Source of the DNA: the human T2T-CHM13v2.0 reference genome, Homo sapiens
Reading direction: 5' to 3' (one strand)
DNA length: 64,000 nucleotides
Assembly (NCBI RefSeq): GCF_009914755.1
Contig: NC_060934.1
Shown piece after piece: positions 47,061 through 64,000 of this stretch (positions are counted from its first letter, which is position 1; every line of letters starts with the position of its first letter). The notes beneath the pieces are model-generated. The model worked only from the letters and a program-made list of their open reading frames with translations, did not search any database and was not told the DNA's origin. The translations under genes were made by a program, and so were the position numbers.

Positions 47061-50000
47061 TTATATCACTCTCCTGCTCAAAGTCCTCTCTCACTGCCTT
47101 GAAGATAATTTTCACATTTCTTAGCCTAGAATCTCTCTCCAAAGCTTCTGTTTCAAGCAAAACAAACCACTCCCCATTCCCTACATACATCCTTGACTTA
47201 GCATTGACTTACACTGACTGCTCTCTGCCTAAAAAATCATTCCTCCATTCAAACCTTGCCAATATTTTTTTAAAGCCAGCTAAATATCTCCTTCTTTACG
47301 AAGGTTTTCCTGATTCCCTGACTGAACTCATATAAGTGCACCTCTTAGGGGACTTAATGCTTTCTCATACTAATTCTTATTAGTTACTCTCCAACACGAG
47401 AACAAGCTACTTATAGACAGGTTCTGTGTTTACCTTTTTACTGCCCATAACTGATCACAATAGTCACTGGGTTTAAATAACTGAAACTGAAACTATTACT
47501 CCAGTAAGAGTCTCCAATCAGGTACCATGGGAGGGAAGACAGAGGTAATTGCAGTGTATCACGCATGTGAACATCTACCAGTGGTCTTTAAAAACCAATG
47601 TCACACTATTGTCATCTCTACATGCTAAAATATGTCTAATTTCACTTATATTTTCTTTTGGCCAGGATGCTTAACGCTGGTTTAAACTGCCTACAACACA
47701 GCTCCCAAGTGTAAAACAGCATTTGCAAATATTGATCCTATGCTCACTACTGTAGTGAATAGAAAGTCCTTTGTCTACAGAACTCTAACACAGCTATAAG
47801 CAAGAACTCTCAAAGAGCAAATCAAAGATTAAGCAAATCCAAGAGGCAATCTGAATTTTAGTTCAGAATTTTAAAATCAAGTATAAAACCTTCTCTGAAT
47901 CTGAAATCACAAAATTCTGATAAAGAGAAATGAGGAAAAGTATCTGGGATGTAAAGCAAGTTTTTAAACATATGATGCTGAGAATCATCTGGTATACATC
48001 ACTAAAGTATATATTTCTATTCATAAATTCTTACTGTGTAGAACAAAAAATGGGAAGAAAAAAACCTCTGGGAAGCACAAACAGCTGTGGAACTAGTTAC
48101 TCTTATTGTTTTAATCTACTATGTCTAACAAGACTCGTGAATTTATTTCCAAGTCCATAGTGAACTATGTGCAAATTATGTGGTGAGAGGCTGCCTACAC
48201 ATGCTGAAAGCAGAGAAAAGTAAATGTTGCCAGCCTAACAGTAAAGTAAGATAGAGGGAAAAAATATGAAGAGTAAACTGAAGAGCTCAAAAAGCATAGC
48301 AGCCTGAGAGTAAAGGGGGCAAAAGTTCCTACAAAGCTGGCGGGGTCTTCATGGCTTCACCATGTTACAGCATAACACAATAGTTAATCTTCACTATGTG
48401 AAAACTTGGTTATCAAGTAAATTATGTTTCTTAGTTTGTTAAAGAAGTTGTGACAGCATTTAGAAAGGCATTATCCAAAAGCTGTGCTCTTTAGAGATAA
48501 CCTTTAGTTCCTCAGAAAATTCAATTGTGTGGAATATTCCATTTCTTTTACACACAGAATGAAGATTTTACTCCTTTATACCAAATCGTTTTGTATCTTC
48601 TTGATTAAGATAACTATCAATATTTGTGATTATGAGCTTAGACTTAACAACTCATACAAACAATGGCAGCACTAAGCAACACAGCAACTCCAGCACTTCC
48701 TTACACTTCTTTAAAAGTAACAAGTTCCTAACACTGAAAGTACTTGCCTTTTTTTAGGTTCTTAAGTCTCAGGCACTAAAGTAAATTTTAAGAAAATTAA
48801 TTAACTCCAGACATTCAAAAGTTAATTCTGAGTGCTAACTTTGGTTTTCTCTTCTTCTAATTTTTAATCATCTAATTCCTGGTAACACTAAAAATAAGGA
48901 TATATGATTTCTCATTATCAAAATCATCCTGTCATCACTACTCCTATCAATGATGGTAATAATGTGATTGTCCTGAATTGATATAATTATCAAAGAACAT
49001 CTCAGAAAACTTAGGAAGGCTCACAGAGATTAAAGTTATCACAGCTACAAAATGACAGCAGAAACAGGTCTGATTTCTAGTTAAGTATGCATCTACCATT
49101 CATCAAAGAGTTCACAATCCGAATGAAAATTTAAACAAAGCTCATTATCTTAACTTGTTATATAAAAACACTTTCACCATCTTTGATACAAAGTGATGTG
49201 AACGAGGCTTGTGGAAGCCTGCATGATGGTGGATTTGCACTCACTCGTGCATGCTTAACTGACCTCAATTGTGAGCAAATCTGAAAGACCAGCAACAACC
49301 ATAGAAAAACGGTGGAACTAACCGGCTCTTAAAACACGCTGGCAGCAACACTACCCATTCCAACAGGCAAAATCCACCACAAACTACTAAGCTCAGCTTG
49401 GAATCCCAATTAGGCACTTAAAAAAAAAAAAAAAAAGCACAAAACCTGCAGTGGGTAGGGCCTATTCATTTAGGCATCCAACAGTCTTCCAGCTTTTCAA
49501 AGACAGACACAGGATTATTCCTGGATTGGTCAAACATAACGAAGTATTCAGAATGAATATTCTCTAATAATTGCATATAACTATAAACAGAAAAATGACA
49601 GACCAGAAAAACACGATTCTAATTCTTCACAAACCTTTCCTAAAAAATTAGCCAAATAAAAGTTCGAAGGTTTTCTCTTGCCTAGAGACATCTAAAAGTG
49701 TTATTTTGGGATGTTACCTGTAAAAAAAAAAAAAAAAATTGGTTTGACCCTGAGAGATTATAATAAATTTCAAAAAATTTGAAGTGGAAGTCTACATTAA
49801 ATGACTCAGGAATTTGAAGTCAGAGTACATAGGATACACAAGATTTACATCAGTATTCATCTTAATTATGATCAAGCAGCCCAAAGTTAGAATTTCAAAT
49901 TTCCCCAAAAATTGATAGTTAAAATGGTTTTCTCCAAAGTGAATTCTTTTGCAAGATGAACATTTAAAAAAAAAAAAAAAAGAACAGAAAAAGTACAAAC

Positions 50001-50974
50001 TACAGAACCTGCCTGCGTTATCTACAGATTACCTAAAGTTCCCTTAGAAACAGATAACCAGGAAAATCAATATACCATGATATTAGGTACACCTTGCATT
50101 CATATATTACAATGCATTCTTCATGTTATTATCTTCCAACTCCCTGAAGAAAGCTTCGGAGTACAGAGAACTTGGCTTTTAGCAATCCATCACCAACCCA
50201 ATTCTTAGGGGAAAACAGTCCAGAAGAGACAAAGGAGGCAGAGAACCCACCAAACAAAAGGAAAAGGCGGCGAAGGTCAGGTGCGAAAGCATTTGACGGA
50301 CAAGTTTTGAAAAAACTCAATTCCAATTCTACAGATGCTCAGTAAGTGAGAAGGGAGGGTGGCTAAAAGGATTCAATAATACTTCTCATTAGCAGGGGGG
50401 AGAAAGGATTAAAAGACTAATTTCCACGTTTTCGCCAAAAATATAAGTTAATCAAGCCCTAGCAGTTCCGAAGCAGTGATTATCCAAGACTTGTCAGGAA
50501 ACCCCGTACTCGGCTTTGGCAGCCAGACTGACCCGGGGCAGCGGCCGAGGCGGAATAGGAAATGCAACCGCGAGGCCTGCACCGTCCCCTCCGCCTCGGG
50601 TGCTGGTTTCCAACCGGGCGAGGTCACCGGCCCAAACCGGGGAGCGGGACCCTTGGCCCGGGCGGCCTTCTCCCCTCCCCTCCGCTTCCGCTGGGGGCAA
50701 GCGCAGAGGCCGGGCTCGGCCGTCACCCCGCCCCGAGCCTCACGGCCCGCATCTCCATTTCCCCGCCTGCCCCTCACACTGGGAGCCGCCCGCTCGCCCC
50801 GGGACGCGGGGCGCCCCTGAACCCGCCCGCGCCCCTAGCCACGACTCCCGTCCCGAAAACTACGGCTGACGGCAGAACGAGACCCCCGAGGAGCTGCGAC
50901 CCGCGGGCCGTGCAGGAGCCGGGGGTGCGCCCGCCCCGGCTGCTCAGCCCCGGCCCCTCAGCCCTGGCGCCCAC

Positions 50975-51019
50975 CGTCAGGCCGGTGCCCAGCACGATCA
51001 CGTCGTACTCCTCATTCAT
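50975..51019 (-). CDS. GDI2: GDI2 exon 1 coding part (MNEEYDVIVLGTGLT)
   Basis: gccATG Kozak context at 51019; donor ACG|gtgggc at 50974. Confidence 0.98.
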
Positions 51020-51235
51020 GGCGGGGCAGGCGCGGACGCAGGACCCGAGCAAGGAAAAGGCGCAGGGGCTCCGTGACCACCCTACGAGGCTGGGAGGCGC
51101 TCTTGGGCGCGAAGGAAAGGGGAAGAGAAAGAGAGGAAAATGGAGCTGGCGACAAGGCGAGACCGACCGCCACCTCAGACGGGAAGAGAAGAACTGGGCG
51201 GGGAGAGGAGGGGAGGGAGCGAGGAGGGGAGGGCT
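51020..51235 (-). other. GDI2: GDI2 5' UTR (pyrimidine-rich, no upstream AUG; TSS approximate)
   Basis: Lies between the GC/CCAAT boxes and the start codon; no CAT on the plus strand in this span. Confidence 0.7.
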
Positions 51236-52594
51236 GTGACTGAGCCTCCGCAGCCGGGGCGGGGCCTGCAGGCGCCGGGAGGGCCGCCAATCAGGCGCTC
51301 CCGGCACTCTAATTGGTTACGTCCCCGTCGCTCGCACAACTTTTTTTCCTTCCCCGCCTCTCGCGAGAGGAAAAGGGCGGGGCGTCGCCATTTTGGCTTC
51401 CGGTTCCCCTTGCGGCCTCTGCCACGGTGGTTCGGGAGGCGGCGCGCGGGCCGGGGTGGAGGTGCACGGAGCCGCGGGCGGGGACTGCTGGCCACCACCG
51501 TTCTGACTCCCGCCGTCGGGGCGGGAGCTCGCTCGGTCCAAGGTCCCAGAGCCGGATCGCCGCCCTTGGACTTTGAGCGGGCGCGTGCGGCGGCCACGTG
51601 GGCGAGGAGCGCGGGCCGGGCTGCCTCTCGGGGGTGGCGGCCTTGGTTCCTCCCGCGGGGCTGGGCTTGCCGGGGCCCGGAGCCCGCCGGGAAGAGTTCG
51701 GAAATCACACGTGTCCTTTTTCCCGCTCTGTGCCCTCCTTGTTTAGTGCGTTGCCGGTGGGCGCTTTAGGAAATTGGTAGGAGGAAAAGCGGCTTCTTTT
51801 GAAAAGGTAACCCTTAACAGAGATGAAAGTGAAAGCCAGGTTTCATTGGGAAGCCGATCTGCACCTACCGAGGGCTGTAACTTAAAGCCGCTGTAAACGT
51901 GGTAGCTGATCCTTGTATGCAAAGGTTTAGGCCCTAAGCTTAGAAACTGTTCCTTGCTTGCCTTCTACCCCCCTCCTCTTTTTCTAGAATTCTCTTAGGA
52001 ATCTCTAGCTTCATTGAGGACACAGGTGTAAGCAGAAGCTGTGTTCTCAGCTCCAAGAGGCCGACCCCACGAAAGCCTAAGCAGGTGAATTTCGTAAAGA
52101 CGTTGACAGTTGGAAAACCTGTGCTTTCAGCACGTGATAAATCTGCAGAGTCAGCAGACAATGAAGATTTGGCATTCAAGAACTCCTCAAATACTTCTCG
52201 ATAGTAGCTATTCAGAGCCTGCCTTGATAGACCGAACTTGCTCATATTTAAATCATTAAGATAGAGGAAAGAATGTAACAACTTTTTAAAATGTTTCTTA
52301 CCCCATAAATACTTGAAGAAGATATGTTATATTGGACCATGGATCTTTCTGGGGGGGAGGGGAGAAGAAAGCAAAAGTAAAGTTTAAATTTACATTCAAC
52401 CTTAATTTGATTGTATATATTTGTGACCAAATGAATTAGTGCACAGTTGACCATACAACTGATTATGCAACAGTGAGTGTAACTGACTTTTCTTTTGGCT
52501 AAGCTAATGATGACTAAAGAAGGTCCTTCTGTTGCTCTGTCTTCAAGTCATCAGGGGGTCATACTACCTATATTTTTGAACCAATATGAAATAA

Positions 52595-57403
<4,809 letters not shown>

Positions 57404-57907
57404 AGTACCCCATTAAATTTTGGCCATTCCACCTCATAAAAATCCTTCCAGTCCCTTCTCTTCAACCTCACTGCCACAACCCGAGTGCAGACCAGCAAGT
57501 TCTCTCCTAGATCCTGGCCCCAGCTTCCTATTGGGACATTTGGTGTTCAGTTCAGGTGGCTCAAACCTGTTCTCTGTATTATAGCTCAAGTGATCTTTAT
57601 AAAAATCAAAAGTGACCAAGTTGACCATGTCTTTAAGATCTTTCATGGGTCTCCACTGCTGTTAGGATAAAGTCCATACACCTGGTCGTTTCCTAACATG
57701 AACTTGAGTGAATTACCTATTCCACCAAATCTCTCACTGCAACCCTCTTCCACCCCTCACCATGTTCATTTTTTTCTTTTTCTTTTTTTTGAGATGGGGT
57801 TTCACTATGTTTTCCAGGCTGGCCTTGAACTCCTGGGCTTAAGTGATCCTCCCACCTCAGCCTCCCAAGTAGCTGGAACTACTCATCATAGTTTCTGATT
57901 CAGTTGC

Positions 57908-58450
57908 TGTATTAGTCAGCATCCAGTCAGAAAGACATGAACTACTTTAAGTATTTTACACAGAGATAATGTAGGGAATTGATTTCAAAACTGTTGAAAG
58001 AGCTGGAGTGGCAAAAAATAACATTGCCCACAGATGTAGAACTACCTGAAACTCTAGGCTGAAGCAAGAGGGAAACTGCTGTTGCCCTGCGCTTGTGTTT
58101 CCCAATGATTTGTGCTGCTGAGGCCAATGGAACCTGAAGTCATCCACCACCATTACTGCCACTGCCAGAGTCCTTCTGTCTCTGAAGCTACTGAAGTGAC
58201 TCCTGCCACAGCTATTGCTGGGCCCCGGGGTCCCCACTCATTGGGGTGGCTACTACCACTGGTGGCAGTGCCACCAAAGCAGGGGACTTAGTGTCTCTCC
58301 TCCTCCTGGCTCCAGTCTTCCACCAGTACCTTCCATTGGCAGCACCTAGCCAGAAGCCAGTTAGCAAAGGGATCTGGGAAATGTGTTTTGCAGGCTCTCA
58401 GTCCCAGATATACAGACGAAACCAAGAATGGAGCTGGGAACTAACAGACC
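57908..58450. mobile_element. Degenerate MLT1-like LTR
   Basis: tgtattagtcag start; ccagaagccag..gggatctgggaaatgt. Confidence 0.5.
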
Positions 58451-58958
58451 AATGACTGGCTGGGCTACACCAAACATTTCTGTGTTCCATGCACCTGCCA
58501 TGCTCTTTCCCTTCTGCATGCTTTTCCCCTCTGTCTGGAATGTACCCACCCCTGCCCCCATCCTTCGGGTGGGCCTTGCTTTCTCCTACTTGCTTGAAGT
58601 CTCAGTATACATGTCACAGCCCCCAGGGATCTTTCCTGGATCCCCTAATCTGGATGAAATTCCTTTATGCCGGGTTCCCATAGTATTCTCTTACCATGTA
58701 TCACCCTGGCTTGTAACTGGGTGTTTGCTGCTCTGGGGTAGAACTCTACATTATTCATCTTTTTTTTTTTTTCCATCACCATCTAGCTCAGAGTAGGCAG
58801 TTAATAAGTATTTAGTGGGCCGGAAACAGTAGCTCACACCTGCAATCCCAGCACTTTCAGAGGCCAAGGCAGGCAGATCACCTGAGGTCAGGAATTTGAG
58901 ACCGGCCTGGCCAATAGGGTGAAACCCCATCTCTACTAAAAATACAAAAAATTACTCA

Positions 58959-59190
<232 letters not shown>

Positions 59191-59449
59191 TTATTTTCAG
59201 AGACAGGCTCCATTGTCCCAAAAGGGTCAATGACTCCGAAATGATTAAGAAAACATACATGTAGACAAATGAATTCATTCACAATATTTCTTCAATTTAG
59301 ATAAAGGAAAAAATAACTTGTGGGAAAAAATTGAGTATCAAAGACCATTTCCAGGAGTTGCTCTGAACCTATTCTGGTTCAGGAGGCTGCCTGATAAATT
59401 TTTTTACACTTGAATTTTTTTTTTTTTAAAGACCATTTCCAGTGGCTTG

Positions 59450-59870
59450 CAGTTCTAGTCCACTTATGTTGTTATGAAGGAACACCTGAAGCTGGGTAAT
59501 TTATAAAGAAAAGAGGTTTATTTGGCTCATGGTTCTACAGGCTGTACAAGAAACATGGCACCAGCATTTGCTTCTGGTGAAGCCTCAGGAAGCTTCCACT
59601 CCTGGGAGAAGGCAAAGGGGTGCCATGTGCAGAGATCACATAGTGAGAGAGGAAGGAAGGGAAAGACAAAGGTGCCAGTCTCTTTTCAACAACCAGTTCT
59701 TGCAGGAACTAATAACAAGAACTCATTCATGATCGTGAGGACGGCCCTGAGACATGCATGATGGATCTGTTCCCACAATCCAAAAACACCTCCCACCAGG
59801 CCCCACTTCCAACACTGGGGACCAAATTTCCACATGAGATTTGGAGGGGACAAATATCCAAACTATATTA
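59450..59870. mobile_element. MST-type (MaLR) solo LTR
   Basis: gctgggtaatttataaagaaaagaggtttatttggctcatggttct..catgagatttggaggggacaaatatccaaactat. Confidence 0.85.
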
Positions 59871-60291
59871 TTTGCCATAGAACACAACGTTTATTGAATT
59901 TCTGTACGTGGGGGAATGAAATCAGCACCTAACCTGATATACACATGGAAATAGAAAATACAATTCCAATAGAAATCACTTGGAAGTGTGTAATTAGTAG
60001 CAGCTCTGTGAGGCGCTTTGTATAGAAGGACTCGGAGTTGGTGGCATTGAGTGGGGCTTGTGCATAGTGGCAGAGCAAGTCAGCCAGGTGTCCTGATTCC
60101 CAAAAGGCTGGTAAGCATGGTGCAGGCATGTCTTACATGCATTTGCTCTTCAAAAAGCTTCAACTCATTCTAGCACGACTATCATGGATAAGCAATGACC
60201 ACTGACTATTTCATTTAATTTCTTTGTATCATCTTAAAGACTAGAGTGATCTCTAAGCTGCCCAGGCCTTAGTGTTTCTTAGGTCACTTTA

Positions 60292-60615
<324 letters not shown>

Positions 60616-60894
60616 CTAAATAAACAAACAAACAAATAAATAGATAAATAAAGTGATTTTGATTACAAGTTAACTAAAACCACATCCAGCTATCTTAGGT
60701 ATAAAGGACAATTTATTAGAAGAATAAAGGGGCAAAAATGTAGTCCGGTCTCTGGAAGGAACTGGAATCAGGCACTAGAAAACTCGCTGTGTCTAAGCTC
60801 AGCCCCTCTGTGCAACTTCTTGATTTTTTTCTCTCTCTATGGTTGACTTTGTTGGCTTCCCTTGCTCAAACCTAGAGCTCAAACCTAGAGCCAA

Positions 60895-61112
60895 GTCTCT
60901 CAGCCTCACACAATTGACATTTTAGGCCAGGTCATTCTTTGTCGTGGGGCTGTCCTGCGCATTGTAGGGTGTTTAGCAGCACCTCTGGCCTCTACCCACT
61001 GGATGCCAGTAGCAGCCACTCTACTTCACCTCCAAGTCGTGAAAATCGTCATGGCTCCAGACATTGCCAGTGTCCCCAGTGGGCAAAAATTGCCTTTGGT
61101 GGAGAACCACTG
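60895..61112. mobile_element. MER20 element
   Basis: attgacatttt..ggggctgtcctg..ctccagacattgcca..gagaaccactg. Confidence 0.8.
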
Positions 61113-61439
61113 AGCTAGACTAGCTTGGTTTTCATCATTCAGTATCAAATTTCCAGAGGAGATAATCTGATTGGCCCAACTTGGGGCCTGCATCCAACTT
61201 GATTCAATTAATCAGTCCGGTATTAACAGTATTATGTGACAGAAATATGGCTGCCGGAAATCCACGCCTGTGGAAAGGATGGACAGATACCCTAATACAG
61301 GTGTCAGTTCCATGTCCTTAATCCTAGACATGAAGCTTTCTATCCTGATTCTATGTACCCTGACTCTTGGGTGGTTTAGGGGACATTTTCCCAGAGATGT
61401 ATTTAGGATATCTACATACCTTTAAAAAAATTTAATCCA

Positions 61440-63900
<2,461 letters not shown>

Positions 63901-64000
63901 AGATGGTTCAATAGAAACTAATCTTTCCCCATCTCCCAAACAGTGCTCCATTCCTGCTTAATCAACAGCAGTATCTCCCAGCATTCTGTGAGGAAGTAGA

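Larger units (their letters stand above)
50480..51770. promoter_or_regulatory. GDI2: CpG-island promoter of GDI2: GC boxes (51256-51265, 51375-51383), CCAAT boxes in both orientations (51287-51291, about 51313-51317), TCTCGCGAGA element (51359-51368), YY1 site (51386-51394), ETS site (51397-51403)
   Basis: Very high GC and CpG density around exon 1; motifs read directly; no TATA box. Confidence 0.92.

Noticed and set aside
49193-49284. Possible box C/D snoRNA on the plus strand (gtgatgt ... ctga)
   Set aside because: Box C is imperfect, there is no clear terminal stem or recognisable rRNA guide, and it is antisense to the host gene
50448-51780. Long overlapping Arg/Pro/Gly-rich ORFs (up to 225 aa) on both strands
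   Set aside because: Stop-codon depletion in a CpG island; only MNEEYDVIVLGTGLT is recognisable protein
60865-60891. 13-bp tandem repeat ctcaaacctagag x2
   Set aside because: Simple slippage duplication in intergenic repeat sequence; not an array, and nothing CRISPR-like occurs in this eukaryotic window

Overview
Primate (very probably human, chr10p15.1) euchromatic DNA, dense in Alu, L1 and DNA-transposon relics. Almost the whole window is the complete GDI2 gene (Rab GDP-dissociation inhibitor beta) on the minus strand. I reconstructed 11 GT-AG exons by hand: 45+108+100+135+199+132+100+172+145+55+147 = 1338 nt = 445 aa + stop. Its CpG-island promoter lies at about 50.5-51.8 kb and its 3' UTR/polyA signals at about 3.0-3.8 kb. 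The left end holds the last two exons and 3' UTR of the convergent TASOR2 (FAM208B) gene on the plus strand. GDI2 intron 6 contains a disabled NRBF2 processed pseudogene, itself interrupted by a fused Alu-L1 insertion. The right 12 kb is intergenic repeat. I find no convincing new gene system. The most notable observations are small scale: a last intron in TASOR2 whose splicing does not change the protein, a tandemly duplicated splice donor at GDI2 exon 4, a candidate structured micro-exon in GDI2 intron 1, an Alu-L1 chimera, a palindromic promoter core, and repeated re-use of Alu target sites. Gene and repeat names come from recall of known sequences, not from database searches, and repeat boundaries are approximate.
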